Shown: positions 12,906 through 23,709 of the stretch, in pieces
How the letters are laid out: each line of letters opens with the position of its first letter
Position numbering within the stretch: position 1 is the stretch's first letter
NCBI GenBank assembly: GCA_039799905.1
Contig: JBDLRP010000039.1
Coordinates: forward strand, 96,001 to 160,000
Origin: Pseudomonadota bacterium
GTDB taxonomy: Bacteria; Bdellovibrionota_B; Oligoflexia; Silvanigrellales; Silvanigrellaceae
DNA length: 64,000 nucleotides
Direction: 5' to 3'
Notes under the pieces: generated by a model
The model's input: only the letters and a program-made list of their open reading frames with translations
What the model was told of the DNA's origin: nothing
The model's database searches: none
Translations under genes and position numbers: made by a program

Positions 12906-13112
12906 ATGGCAGTGCCAAAGAAACGCGTCTCTAAATCTATTCGTAACATGCGCCGCGCTCACGATGCCCTCACGGCATTGAACTTCTCCAAGTGCTCAAA
13001 CTGCGGTTCGCCCCGTTTGCCGCACTCTGTTTGCGAAAGCTGCGGCTTCTACAAGGGCCGTTTTGTGGCTCAGCGCTACCTGAAAGCAGACCTCTCCGCG
13101 GCTCTCCGCTAA
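12906..13112 (+). CDS. rpmF: 50S ribosomal protein L32 (zinc-ribbon form)
   Basis: [28 protein letters not shown]. Confidence 0.97.
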   Translation: MAVPKKRVSKSIRNMRRAHDALTALNFSKCSNCGSPRLPHSVCESCGFYKGRFVAQRYLKADLSAALR

Positions 13113-13136
13113 AAGAGCATCCTGCTTTTCTTCAAA

Positions 13137-13166
13137 GAGCTCGGTCAGGACTGACCGGGCTTTTTG
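13137..13166 (+). terminator. intrinsic terminator after rpmF
   Basis: agctcggtcag-ga-ctgaccgggct hairpin followed by a T tract. Confidence 0.8.
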
Positions 13167-13215
13167 TGTTTGATTTAAAACGAACTCAGTGACGGCCTAC
13201 GGGAGAGACTCATTC

Positions 13216-14508
13216 ATGACGCTCCAGCTCACGAAATCTGCAAACATCTCTCCCTTCGCCGGCCATTTTCAGCATCACTACCTCAAAACCGAACCCACGG
13301 AAGACATCCGTTTCGGTGGAGTTGGATTGCAAGGCGACTTGATTTACCTCGACCACGCCGCAGCAACTCCCATCGACGGCCGCGTCTTTGCGAAAATGCT
13401 GCCGTGGCTGACACAGGTTTATGGCAATCCCGCAAACCGTCTTCACCGCATGGGAGAACTCGCCGAACATGGACTTGCGCAGTCGCGACAAACAATCGCC
13501 GATGCCCTCGGCGTTTCGTTTGAAGAAGTGATTTTTTGCGCTTCCGCAACCGAGGCCAACAACCTGCTGCTGCGCGGACTTGTGCAAAATCCGCTGCGAA
13601 AAAGAAATAAAATTGTGGTCGCTGCGACTGAACATTCTTCGATTCTGACAACCGCACACGAACTTGCGGGCAACGGAATCGAAGTTGTCGTGCTGCCTGT
13701 CGACGCGCACGGACAAATCGATCGCGAGATAGCGTCCGAAAGTATCGACCAGAACACGCTTTGTGTTTGTGTAATGGACGTGAACAACGAAACAGGAATC
13801 ATTCAAAAACATTTAAATGAAATAACCGCTCTGGCACACAAGCACGGCGCCCTTGTCCACAGCGATGCCGTCCAGGGCTTCGCACGCGGAAACTTTCACG
13901 CGACTCACCACGATTTCGACACAGCAACAATTTCTGCTGCAAAAATCTATGGGGGCCGCGGCGCAGCGGCTCTCATCATTCGAAAACGAACACCGCGCAT
14001 CCGACTTGCCCCCCAACTCACGGGCGGCGGCCACGAATTCGGCCTACGCTCGGGCACCCCCAATCTTGCGGCAATCGTCGGTTTGGCTGAGGCTGTGCGG
14101 CTACAAATTGCGGAACGGTCCGAACGTTCAAAATATCTTGCACATCTCGAATCCATTTTTCTTTCAGCTCTTGCGGGACGCATTCAATTCAGCAGCAGCG
14201 GTACCGGCACCAAGACCGGACAGAAAGTGGCGGGAATCGTCATGCTTCATATTCCCAACGTGAATGCGATGAAGCTGATTGAAAACATGAAACGTGTTTG
14301 CGTCAGTGCCGGAAGTGCCTGCCGCACCCTGCAAGCCACGACGAGCCACGTGCTGACGGCCATGGGTTGCGATGACGATGTCGCTCTTGCAAGCTTTCGA
14401 GTCTCGATTGGCCTGACGAATACCGAGGCAGAAATGCACCATGCGGCCGAGATTATTGCGACCATGGCTGCTGAACTGCAAAAATCATCCGCCAATCTCC
14501 CTCTCTGA
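13216..14508 (+). CDS. cysteine desulfurase (IscS/NifS family)
   Basis: IYLDHAAATP, NNETG, HSDAVQ, SAAKIYG, RSGT, catalytic SAGSAC. Confidence 0.92.
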   Translation: MTLQLTKSANISPFAGHFQHHYLKTEPTEDIRFGGVGLQGDLIYLDHAAATPIDGRVFAKMLPWLTQVYGNPANRLHRMGELAEHGLAQSRQTIADALGVSFEEVIFCASATEANNLLLRGLVQNPLRKRNKIVVAATEHSSILTTAHELAGNGIEVVVLPVDAHGQIDREIASESIDQNTLCVCVMDVNNETGIIQKHLNEITALAHKHGALVHSDAVQGFARGNFHATHHDFDTATISAAKIYGGRGAAALIIRKRTPRIRLAPQLTGGGHEFGLRSGTPNLAAIVGLAEAVRLQIAERSERSKYLAHLESIFLSALAGRIQFSSSGTGTKTGQKVAGIVMLHIPNVNAMKLIENMKRVCVSAGSACRTLQATTSHVLTAMGCDDDVALASFRVSIGLTNTEAEMHHAAEIIATMAAELQKSSANLPL

Positions 14509-14613
14509 CTTGATTTTGACCCTGAACGGGCACCGATTCGTGGTAGTTTTTTTGCGATGGCATTAAGAGTGCGATGTTCGTCGTGCACTCAAACCTTCGG
14601 CAGAGGACTGACA

Positions 14614-15966
14614 ATGAACACGGATCTCGAGGTACTCATCATCGGCGGTGGCTGTCATGGTGTCGGGGTTCTCCATGATTTGGCATCTCGCCGTATCGGC
14701 GGGGTGCATTTAGTTGAAGAAAAGACTCTCTCCAGCGGCAGCTCAAGCCGTTCAACAAAACTGGTTCACGGCGGATTGCGTTACCTTGAACATCTCAAAC
14801 AATGGCCGCTTGTCAGCGAGGCACTCTCGGAACGTGCACTTCTTTTGCGGGTTCTCAAGGGACTGGTTCAGCCTCTTCCGTTTGTGCTTCCAGCGTTCAA
14901 ATCGGACAGGCCCGCTTGGATGCTCAGGGCCGGACTGTTCATCTACGATTCCATGGCGGGAAGCGGAGGACTGCCCACATCGCGCAGCCTGACTTCCGAA
15001 GAGATGTTTGAAGCCGCGCCATACTTAAAGAAATCACGCATGATTGAGCAGACAAATGGTGCTTTTCTTTATTACGACGCACAAATGCTCGATGACGTCA
15101 TCGTGCGGATCGCAGCAGCAGCAGCCGTAAAAATGGGTGGCACTTTTGAGGAAAACACAAACGTAACCTCCGTCGAAAAACTTTCCGGCCAACAGGGCTT
15201 TCGCGTCAAAATCCGCAACGCGCAAGGAACAAGGGAAGTGACAACCCGCAGCATCGTTCATGCCGCGGGTGCTTGGAACAATGCCAATCTCATTCGCTGG
15301 GGAATCACGCCGCGGATCCGCTGTCTGCTCAATCAGGGAAGCCATATCATTTTCAAAACCGATGCTGTGAATGCGAGCCCTTCTCAATCGGCCGCGTGCC
15401 TTCTGCAAAACAAAGATGGCCGGGTGGTATTTTTTATTCCATGGAACGGCTCATGGCTGCTCGGGACGACCGAATCGGTTCTGCCGGCACGCGATCCGCG
15501 CCGGCTAGTTCCCACGGCTGAAGAAGTTTCGTATTTGCTCGATGCTGCAAACTTGAATCTGGACATCAAAACTGAAAACGAATTTATCAGCGAAATGTTT
15601 GCCGGAGTTCGCACAATGCCGATCCTCGACAAACATGCTGCGTTCCATCGGCCGCTCGAAAAAAGTGAATGGCTTGAGAATCCATTTTCTTCGCCCGCAT
15701 ATCTGCAGAGCAACGAGGGACTCAATATTTCTGCACTCTCACGCGAGACGATCATCGACGAAACCTTGCCCGACTTTTATTCTATTTACGGCGGAAAATA
15801 CACCACTTACCGCGCTGAATGCGAAAAACTCGGAAATAAAATTGCTCGCTCGCTCGGCCGTGGAGCGAAATCCGCGACCTGTACTTCAGATGCGTGGTTC
15901 ATTCGGGAACTCCTGCAGGAGTCTCCGGATATGTTCAAATCCTCACGCGAGACTCGGGCAATCTGA
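14614..15966 (+). CDS. glpD: FAD-dependent glycerol-3-phosphate dehydrogenase
   Basis: IIGGG, SSRSTKLVHGGLRYLE, GTTE, FAGVR, GGKYTTYR. Confidence 0.9.
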   Translation: MNTDLEVLIIGGGCHGVGVLHDLASRRIGGVHLVEEKTLSSGSSSRSTKLVHGGLRYLEHLKQWPLVSEALSERALLLRVLKGLVQPLPFVLPAFKSDRPAWMLRAGLFIYDSMAGSGGLPTSRSLTSEEMFEAAPYLKKSRMIEQTNGAFLYYDAQMLDDVIVRIAAAAAVKMGGTFEENTNVTSVEKLSGQQGFRVKIRNAQGTREVTTRSIVHAAGAWNNANLIRWGITPRIRCLLNQGSHIIFKTDAVNASPSQSAACLLQNKDGRVVFFIPWNGSWLLGTTESVLPARDPRRLVPTAEEVSYLLDAANLNLDIKTENEFISEMFAGVRTMPILDKHAAFHRPLEKSEWLENPFSSPAYLQSNEGLNISALSRETIIDETLPDFYSIYGGKYTTYRAECEKLGNKIARSLGRGAKSATCTSDAWFIRELLQESPDMFKSSRETRAI

Positions 15967-16883
15967 TGACTGGCGGACAGCTTCGCGCAGCCGGCAATTC
16001 CGGTCCAATGTATGCAATCGCCGCCTATGCGACATGGGGATTTGTTCCTCTGTATTGGCGCGAGCTGCGACACATCCCGCCGCTGCAGATTCTTGCTCAC
16101 CGTATTGTCTGGTCGATATTCTTCTTCACAGTACTCTTCTTCCTGCGAAGAAATCTGACTCAATGGTTGTCATTTGCAAGACAAGCAGACACTCTCAAAA
16201 AAAGTCTGCCAAGTGCAATCGCAATCGGTATCAACTGGGGCCTATATATTTACGCCGTCAATTCCGGACACGCACTTGAGTCGAGCCTTGGTTATTTCAT
16301 CAATCCGATTTTCAACGTGCTGATTGGCGCCGTCTTCTTCAAGGAAACTCTGACACGCGCCCAATGGACCGCATTTGCATTTGCCGCCAGCGGCGTGGCC
16401 GTAATGACGTTCGCCGCAGGGAAGGTGCCATGGATCGCACTTTCGCTTGCAGGCACATTCAGTCTTTATGGAGTACTGCGAAAAAAGACTGGTCTGAGTG
16501 GAACTGGCGGAACAGCTGTTGAGAGTGTCCTGTTGATTCCGCTGGCTGCGACGCTTCTTTTCTCTCCGCAGCTCGCACCGGTTGATGTCATAAACCTTCC
16601 GGCCGGCAGCAATGTGATGACTTTGTTGCTGTTGTCGCTGGGAGGTGCACTCACAGCGCTCCCCTTGGTCTGGTTTGCTGAAGCGGCACAACGGATGCCG
16701 CTGAGCGTTCTCGGCTTCTATCAGTACATTTCGCCAACTTTTCAATTCCTGATTGCGGTTTTTATCTTCAAAGAGAGTTTTGATGAAAAGAAGTTATTCG
16801 CATTTCTTTTGATCTGGTCGGGGCTCGCAATCTTCGTTTTTGACTCTTTGAAGCGGTTGCGGATGGTTCAGCCGGCTGGCTAA
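15966..16883 (+). CDS. rarD: EamA-family transporter RarD
   Basis: ILAHRIVWS, NWGLYIYAVN, SLGYFINP, QYISPT. Confidence 0.93.
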   Translation: MTGGQLRAAGNSGPMYAIAAYATWGFVPLYWRELRHIPPLQILAHRIVWSIFFFTVLFFLRRNLTQWLSFARQADTLKKSLPSAIAIGINWGLYIYAVNSGHALESSLGYFINPIFNVLIGAVFFKETLTRAQWTAFAFAASGVAVMTFAAGKVPWIALSLAGTFSLYGVLRKKTGLSGTGGTAVESVLLIPLAATLLFSPQLAPVDVINLPAGSNVMTLLLLSLGGALTALPLVWFAEAAQRMPLSVLGFYQYISPTFQFLIAVFIFKESFDEKKLFAFLLIWSGLAIFVFDSLKRLRMVQPAG

Positions 16884-16884
16884 T

Positions 16885-17433
16885 TCAGCCAAAGCGTTGT
16901 TCGAGAATTTCGACCTGCTCGCGAAGACGGTCTATCTCTTTCGAAAGTGTCCGCAACTCCCTGAACGACTCGAGTGTTTTCCAAAGGCTGCTCACGGCCG
17001 AGGAAACATTCATTTGCACCAGCCGCGGATTTTCGCTCGATGTAAAGATAAAATTGACCGGCAGGGCATTGTCAAAGAATTGATCCAGCCGTTCGAGCCA
17101 GGCCACCGTAGTGAGAGTCTCTTCGCGGGCGATCGTCGAATTGCCCGAATTCTGAATCAGCAGAAGAATACCGAGAAACTGGCTCAGCGGCATCCTGCGT
17201 TCCAGCTCTGCCAGCAGCTTCTGAACGTCTCGCTGGGCGTTCTTGAGCGACATCGGCAGAATCATCACCACCGGCGCACCTACATGAGGCAAAGAATCAA
17301 GCACGCTGATCCATTCCTCATTCTCGATCATACGCAATCCAGGGACATCACGGATGGCGCGCTCAATGAGGTCCTGCTCGGCCAGTGGCCGAGCCTCAAA
17401 TTCTTCAGATCTGACCAAAACACACATTGACAC
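16885..17433 (-). CDS. hypothetical protein, alpha/beta domain plus C-terminal coiled coil
   Basis: GTG at 17433 with a GGAG RBS; C-terminal heptads LRTLSKEIDRLREQVEILE. Confidence 0.6.
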   Translation of the reverse strand: MSMCVLVRSEEFEARPLAEQDLIERAIRDVPGLRMIENEEWISVLDSLPHVGAPVVMILPMSLKNAQRDVQKLLAELERRMPLSQFLGILLLIQNSGNSTIAREETLTTVAWLERLDQFFDNALPVNFIFTSSENPRLVQMNVSSAVSSLWKTLESFRELRTLSKEIDRLREQVEILEQRFG

Positions 17434-17449
17434 GTTGAATTTCTCCGGC

Positions 17450-19318
17450 TCACGAATCCAAATCGATGCTTTGGATATAGTCGAGCAAAAATTGAATCTG
17501 CGGATCCTCTTTGTCGACAAAATCCTTCACTGCGGTGAATGCTTCGTTGAACTCCCTGACCTTTTTTACACTACGCGAAGAGAGAACTTCGGTTGCGGCA
17601 TTGAAAATATAGTTTTGCGCCAACAGCACTGCCTCGTCAGGACGGACATCCTCGCGCATTTCCGGAATCAGCGTAATGAGATCGCGCCAGCGGTGCGAAA
17701 GTTCATTCCACAGCACCTGACCGCACAGCGGACTCCGTGCAGCCGCCTTGCCGCACAATGCAACTGTGTCTTTTGTATTGGCACCTGTCATGCGGCCTTT
17801 TAAAATTCTGTTTTGATAGAGCGCGAGAATCCATTCTCCATTGGCACTGCGCTGACCAGCGAGCGTTCGTAGTGCCTGACTATAGGTCGGAAATCGTGTT
17901 CGGAATTTCATCAGCAAGCCTTCGTCCACTGCTCCCGCCGTCACAAACAAAAGTGGATCCGAAACTCCTGCATTCAACGAGAATCCGGATACCCGCGGAT
18001 ACAATCTCAATCCGACAAAACAACCGTCAAAGAGGTTTGCAGGCGAAGGCACTGTTTGTTTCGCGCCCAGCGCACTTTCAATCAGAAAAAGCAACGCGTC
18101 GCCGGCCGCACCCGATTCGTTCAGCTGACAAAGAAACCGGCTGGTGGAATGCAATTCAACGAACCGTGAGATTGATTTACTCCAGTCGATCGTCGTTTTT
18201 GCATTTGAACTCTTGGTTTTAAGCGCATCCAAAAGTTCACCTATGATCACGCTATCGGCCGATGACAGATAAGCTGACAAGGTGGGCACTTTATCCAAAT
18301 GCGATTTCAGACGCTGTGTTTCCTTCAACATTTGAGGATATTCAAGAAGAGTCACCAACGACAGCGAGAGAAGACGCGACAAAAACAGTCCGTGCATGAC
18401 CCGCTCTTCCGGCTCGCTTTGCGGCACGACACGAATCAGACGCTCCAAAATCACATCGATTTCTTCACCAGCCTCGCGCACCGCTTTTGCGCGGACGGAT
18501 TTCGCTTTGCCCTGCACTTTGAGCAAATCACGCCTGATGGCAAAAACCCGCGATAGTTCATAGGCGACTACGGCAAGTCCGCGTTGCCGCAGTTCTGCCG
18601 GCAGCCTAACAAGCAGCTGCTTCCATTCTTCCATGCGGTCCAACTCTTCATGCGGTAAATTCACAAGAGCAAGAGCGGCCGTCAACTCTCCGGATGGCAG
18701 ATACCCTTCTGGATACAGAGCTCTGTCTTTTTGAATGGAAACAAGAGCACGGGCGTATTTTTGCCCGTCACGGGTGATCTTTCCTTCAAGAAGATTCTGA
18801 TAATTGCGAAGTGCATCTGGAGTGGAACCAAGTAATTTGGCGGCGAGTCTCTTTTCAGGAGGATTCAGGGTTTTCGCCGGCCGCAGGGTCTTAATCCCCA
18901 TCCACACCAATCCAAGTCCGAGAATCGCAAGTACAATCAGTGCAAACAGATCACGCAGGGTTGCAAAACCGCTGCGCTGTGCCTGCGCTGGAGTCAATCC
19001 GCCATGATCGGGTGGAAGCTCGGCTTTTTTTCCTGTCGCGGTTTCACGAAAGTTCGCATGTTGGTCCTTGGGAACATCGGAGGCAAGAATCCCCTCCAGA
19101 GTTCCTGTGGGCGTGTAGTCGGTGAACCATTCGACGATTAGAACCGGCGAGCCGCACTCGGGAGCAATCCACATGACAGTATTGAAAAGCTCATGCTTTT
19201 CTTTAAACAAGTCAATTATTTCGGTCGTACTGAACGGACCGATTGTCGTCTGACTTGTCACCAAAATGTGTTTAACGTCGGCAGGCTCCAATCTCCGATA
19301 CCTCACAGATCCACCCAT
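17450..19318 (-). CDS. bitopic membrane protein with GYF_2-like N-terminus and large helical periplasmic region
   Basis: 622-aa ORF; IGPFSTTEIIDLF motif; TM LFALIVLAILGLGLVWMGI. Confidence 0.7.
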   Translation of the reverse strand: MGGSVRYRRLEPADVKHILVTSQTTIGPFSTTEIIDLFKEKHELFNTVMWIAPECGSPVLIVEWFTDYTPTGTLEGILASDVPKDQHANFRETATGKKAELPPDHGGLTPAQAQRSGFATLRDLFALIVLAILGLGLVWMGIKTLRPAKTLNPPEKRLAAKLLGSTPDALRNYQNLLEGKITRDGQKYARALVSIQKDRALYPEGYLPSGELTAALALVNLPHEELDRMEEWKQLLVRLPAELRQRGLAVVAYELSRVFAIRRDLLKVQGKAKSVRAKAVREAGEEIDVILERLIRVVPQSEPEERVMHGLFLSRLLSLSLVTLLEYPQMLKETQRLKSHLDKVPTLSAYLSSADSVIIGELLDALKTKSSNAKTTIDWSKSISRFVELHSTSRFLCQLNESGAAGDALLFLIESALGAKQTVPSPANLFDGCFVGLRLYPRVSGFSLNAGVSDPLLFVTAGAVDEGLLMKFRTRFPTYSQALRTLAGQRSANGEWILALYQNRILKGRMTGANTKDTVALCGKAAARSPLCGQVLWNELSHRWRDLITLIPEMREDVRPDEAVLLAQNYIFNAATEVLSSRSVKKVREFNEAFTAVKDFVDKEDPQIQFLLDYIQSIDLDS

Positions 19319-19438
19319 TCAGTGTCACCCGAGGTACTTCAACCCACAACGTCGAAAACAAAACATCGCGCTAGGAGAAGATTGCCTTCTGGCCTATACT
19401 CAGCCAACGAAACACCCAAAAAATCAAAGGTGGAACCA

Positions 19439-20707
19439 ATGGCTAAAATCTTTGGTCTGAACGGCAATCGCCCGCTTCTTCCTCCAAATCTGGTCGCATT
19501 CCTGACCGGAGTGTTGCTGGCGCTCGTCGTGGGAATGATTTTCCGCAAAGTCATCGACAAAATGGCGCCTCACCGACGCCAGACTGCGCTGCGTGCACAG
19601 GCTACGCCGGCTGCGCCTGATATAAAATCCGATGCACAAAACACCCCTACCAAGGTGCCTGAGGCTGAGAACGTCGCGATCAGTGCTCCGAGCGAGGGCA
19701 AAACCGATGATAAGGCAAATAGTGACAGCGCAATTAAGCGCGCACCAACAGCGACTGCTGCACTCGAGGATGAAGATGTGCAGCTGTCGCCTATCGGAGA
19801 AGTTGACTATCTGGCTTGGAGGCGACTGTTCCGGACGGTCGAAGAAATGACTGTAAGACAGGGAATCAAAATTTCATCTGTCACGCTAACACCCCGATAC
19901 CGCCATCAGGCGAAAGGGTTGGCAATCACTCGCGGACAATTTCTCGACGTCGTCTCGCGAAAAGTACCGGCGAATTTGCCGACACGGCAGAGCAATCAGG
20001 GGCTCGTCCTGCACGCACTGGCACCGGCCGACTTTGACACCCAGCAATTCAACAAAATTGTCAGCGACTCGGGAACACGACTCGAGGCCCTCTGCCGCCC
20101 CGACAAATCCTCAATTCCAAGCGAGGGAGTTGAACGGATTACAATACTCGCCAGCAACAATCAGTCGAACTTTAAGTGCCTGCAAGACTGGTTGGCGGCC
20201 AACCCGAATCTACAGCGGGTCAGTGAACTAAGCTTCGTAGGCTTCACCCGCGGTCCAACTTTCTTCGGCAGCATGACTTCCGACAAAAAGCTTATTTCGT
20301 TGCAGATGTGGAATCCGGACTGGCTCGTCGACAATACGGTTGCCGTCGACGAGACCGGTCGTGAAACTTTGATTCAAAAACGAACACTACGGCTGGCTAA
20401 CGTAACAAGGGCGTTGGGACAACCCTCCGACGTCCGGATGCAGATACCCGCATCCACACGCTCACTCGTTGGCCCACTGATTGAACCCAAAGATCCAACA
20501 CCAGCAAAGCCTCTGATCATTGGCAACTTCGCATTGGTGCCCTCCCACATGCCGCGCGGTGCGCTGATTGCAACGGCCTATACCAACCCCGGACAGGATC
20601 GCAGCAAGAGCGCCTCCGTCAAGCCGCCGGGTCCGGGACGCGCGCGTGCACTTGTTTTGGCAACTCAGGGTAAAAAGCTTCAATTCATGACAGTCACCAG
20701 AGAATAA
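19439..20707 (+). CDS. hypothetical membrane-anchored protein
   Basis: N-terminal TM helix, low-complexity linker, globular C-terminal region. Confidence 0.7.
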   Translation: MAKIFGLNGNRPLLPPNLVAFLTGVLLALVVGMIFRKVIDKMAPHRRQTALRAQATPAAPDIKSDAQNTPTKVPEAENVAISAPSEGKTDDKANSDSAIKRAPTATAALEDEDVQLSPIGEVDYLAWRRLFRTVEEMTVRQGIKISSVTLTPRYRHQAKGLAITRGQFLDVVSRKVPANLPTRQSNQGLVLHALAPADFDTQQFNKIVSDSGTRLEALCRPDKSSIPSEGVERITILASNNQSNFKCLQDWLAANPNLQRVSELSFVGFTRGPTFFGSMTSDKKLISLQMWNPDWLVDNTVAVDETGRETLIQKRTLRLANVTRALGQPSDVRMQIPASTRSLVGPLIEPKDPTPAKPLIIGNFALVPSHMPRGALIATAYTNPGQDRSKSASVKPPGPGRARALVLATQGKKLQFMTVTRE

Positions 20708-20714
20708 TTGTCGC

Positions 20715-22247
20715 ATGAGCACAGCCATCTACCGCGAAGACGATCAAAACATCACGCGGCATTCACATTTCCTTCTGCGCGCGGCGCTAATTTTCCTTTC
20801 GACACCGGTCGTACTGTTTGCTCTTTCTTGGTTGAACTTCGGTGCGGCCCTTCTTCTGACGATTCTTGTTGTCTACACGTTGGTGACAAGTTGGACTCAT
20901 GCAGGGCAGCCAATTCCACTTTTCCGCTCCGCTGCGGAAATATTTGAAAAGCACTCGCCCGCCTTTGCGGTGCTGCTGATTTGGTGCGCGTTGTCGGGAA
21001 CCGGTGGAATCGGATTTCAGAACAGTGACTATGCTGCAAGCAACGCTCTGCTCAAAGATCTCATCGAGAATCGCTGGCCCTTGTACCTGCGCCCCGATGT
21101 CCCGCTTGTCTACTACGTCCTTTATTATCTGCCCGCAGCGGGGATTGGAAAAATTCTCGGCTGGCAGGCAGCGAACGTCTTCCTCTTTGTATGGACCTAC
21201 GCCGGACTCATCATCGTTTGGAGCCTATTTTCGCTTGCAGCAAGGCTTGATTCGCTTTCACAGACCCGCAAGCTACTTGCTGTGCTACTGTTCATCATTT
21301 TTGGCGGCTGGGATTTTTTCGGTTCATTGCTGAATTATCCACAAGGCACATTGCAAATTGGTTCTCACATTGAATGGTGGGCAGCCATCGGACAGTTTTC
21401 CAGCAACACGACACTTCTTTTCTGGGTCCCCCAGCACGTGCTGGCCCCTTGGATGGTCACTGCTGCGATTCTTCTGACCTTGCGCAATGGTGCCGGTGGA
21501 ACATTCATCTGGTTCATGGCGGCGATGTCTTTTCTTTGGAGCCCGGTTGCCAGCCTCGGCCTTCTGCCGTTTCTTTTCATCTGTCAAATCAGACTGATGG
21601 CTGACAGGAATTTCATGGTGAACATCACGGCGGCAAATTTCTTTGTCGGACCGATGCTCGCTGCAGCAGCGTTCCTCTTTTATTCGTCCAATTCATTCAG
21701 TTTTCCAAGCGGGTGGCAATTTGGCGAACCCGCCTTTGCGCGCAATTACACACTACTGATTCTGCTCGAAGCACTTGCTGTCGCGTTTCCGTTTTTCAGT
21801 CAACATCTGAGAGCAAAAATTTATCTAAATCAAATTGATATTCCACCGCCAATCAAACTCAATCGAACAGAAAAAACGCTCGGATGGAGCGCACTCGCCA
21901 TGCTGATGATTCTGCCCGCCTATAAGGTTGGAATCATGAATGACCTATGCATGCGTGCTTCAGTACCGGCTCTGATGATTCTGTTTTTCTTTTGGATTCG
22001 CATACTGCGCAAAGAATTTACGTTTCAATACATCCCGCTTGCAGTCACTTTCATCGCTGCAATCTTGGGAAGCGGTTCTGCATTTCAGGAGGTTCAACGC
22101 TCACTCAGCAATTACTCTGCACGGATTGTTCCGATGGAGAAAGTCTCGACGCTGCTCAACAACCCCGATAATTCCGTGATTGAACAGCGCGCCGGCAAAG
22201 CCGAATCGCTGTTCTGGAAATGGTTGGGGCCTCAGAGAGACAAGTGA
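20715..22247 (+). CDS. polytopic membrane protein, possibly GT-C-fold glycosyltransferase-like
   Basis: More than 10 hydrophobic segments; loop motifs NSDY, LVYY.LYYLPAA, LFWVPQH. Confidence 0.7.
   Translation: MSTAIYREDDQNITRHSHFLLRAALIFLSTPVVLFALSWLNFGAALLLTILVVYTLVTSWTHAGQPIPLFRSAAEIFEKHSPAFAVLLIWCALSGTGGIGFQNSDYAASNALLKDLIENRWPLYLRPDVPLVYYVLYYLPAAGIGKILGWQAANVFLFVWTYAGLIIVWSLFSLAARLDSLSQTRKLLAVLLFIIFGGWDFFGSLLNYPQGTLQIGSHIEWWAAIGQFSSNTTLLFWVPQHVLAPWMVTAAILLTLRNGAGGTFIWFMAAMSFLWSPVASLGLLPFLFICQIRLMADRNFMVNITAANFFVGPMLAAAAFLFYSSNSFSFPSGWQFGEPAFARNYTLLILLEALAVAFPFFSQHLRAKIYLNQIDIPPPIKLNRTEKTLGWSALAMLMILPAYKVGIMNDLCMRASVPALMILFFFWIRILRKEFTFQYIPLAVTFIAAILGSGSAFQEVQRSLSNYSARIVPMEKVSTLLNNPDNSVIEQRAGKAESLFWKWLGPQRDK
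22198..22243 (+). repeat. 46-bp direct repeat, left copy
   Basis: aagccgaatcgctgttctggaaatggttggggcctcagagagacaa is identical to 24606-24651. Confidence 0.95.
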
Positions 22248-22274
22248 ATTTTTGCAACTTTTCGTTTGGGAAAA

Positions 22275-23405
22275 TCAATTCGATTTTACACGAATTTCGT
22301 CAATTATTTTTGAAAGCTCCGGCATGACCAGTTCACTTCCAAACTTTTCTACAATTTTTCCAATCTTGAGAGTTTCCGCTGACCTCTTGTTACCCTGAAT
22401 ATCATTATTCCCCTCTGTGTCCTTGATAAAAAACCGGTCAAAAGTCCCTTTATCTCCGGAAACAATATTCCTCAATACGGCATTCTCCTGTGCATAATCA
22501 CGGTTCGACGCACCACTTCCAAAATTAAACTGTGCGTCGTCATGCCGGTAATTGGGATTTGTGCCATTTCTTGAACCCAAAAAAACCGCCCGTCCAGACC
22601 TTATACCTATGACGTTGAAATAGTTTTCAATGATCCGGTTCTGGCGAGGCTCTTGATGGCGGACTACACCTCGTTCACCGCTGTTACGGTAGATATGCAC
22701 ACCGCCTTTCTCCATTTTCAGGAAGAGATTGTGCCGCAATAGATTTCGAGCCGAACCATCGAGCGCAATCACCTCGCGACTCGCTGTCATATTGAAAATG
22801 TTATTTTCTATGATGTTGTCTCCCGACTCAGCGTCGATGTACATAGCCACTGATCGGGACTGTCCTGCGATCATTGAATTTCTGAAGACTGTTTTATGAA
22901 CCCCAGGCCCAAACACTACCGGAATTTTTTCATCTGTAACAATAGAAAGATTTTCGAGAACAATGTTCCGCGGAGCGGCCTCTCTCATCCGCTTAGTATG
23001 CCCGAGCGACTGTGAAGATGTTTTAACAAGGCCGGTGTCCGAACTGGGTCCTACGCCCAGAACCCGAAGAGCACCGTTGATTTTCCAATTTCTGAAGACA
23101 ATGTTTTCAGGATACTTCCACACCCCGTCTTTTTGGATAGATGTAAAAGTAATCATCGTCTTCTTTCCATTATTGAAGCTCTTTCCTTTTCCATCAATTA
23201 TCTTTCCGCTGTCTTTCCAGGTGAATTCAATCCTATTGAGATTTCCGTCCGGCAGCTGTGCATCAAAAACGTCTTCATCGCTCAAATCGACCGTCGTCAA
23301 ATCTTGTTCAGTTAAGTTCGACTGAACATTCTTCTCCTGTTTTGAGGGCCGACAGGAAACAGACAACACAATCAGAACTGCAAAAGTCAAAGATTTACGA
23401 TTCAT
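22275..23405 (-). CDS. lipoprotein with right-handed parallel beta-helix (pectin lyase-like) repeats
   Basis: ATG at 23405 with GGAGG; lipobox LSVSC; repeats NIIENNIF, NLLRHNLF, NRIIENYF, NAVLRNIV. Confidence 0.8.
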   Translation of the reverse strand: MNRKSLTFAVLIVLSVSCRPSKQEKNVQSNLTEQDLTTVDLSDEDVFDAQLPDGNLNRIEFTWKDSGKIIDGKGKSFNNGKKTMITFTSIQKDGVWKYPENIVFRNWKINGALRVLGVGPSSDTGLVKTSSQSLGHTKRMREAAPRNIVLENLSIVTDEKIPVVFGPGVHKTVFRNSMIAGQSRSVAMYIDAESGDNIIENNIFNMTASREVIALDGSARNLLRHNLFLKMEKGGVHIYRNSGERGVVRHQEPRQNRIIENYFNVIGIRSGRAVFLGSRNGTNPNYRHDDAQFNFGSGASNRDYAQENAVLRNIVSGDKGTFDRFFIKDTEGNNDIQGNKRSAETLKIGKIVEKFGSELVMPELSKIIDEIRVKSN

Positions 23406-23709
23406 ATTAACCTCCATCCAAAAAACGCAAATCCTTGAGTAACAAGAACTATGCCATATCCGCAGACAAATTATCTCAGTCTTTCTGTATATTCTTAAAA
23501 TCTGCACATCGAAAAAAGTCATATTGGTTGATTGTTTCTTCGTCACTGTAAAAACAATTAACAGCCCAGAGTAGACTATTTAGTTTCGTCGAATCGCCAC
23601 AATTCGACCAGACCTAAATGCAGATATAAAATTCCATTTTTGCAGACAAAAATCGAGATTTCTAAATAATCGATTGCGGAACGTCGATATAACCCAAGAG
23701 GGCAGGTAC

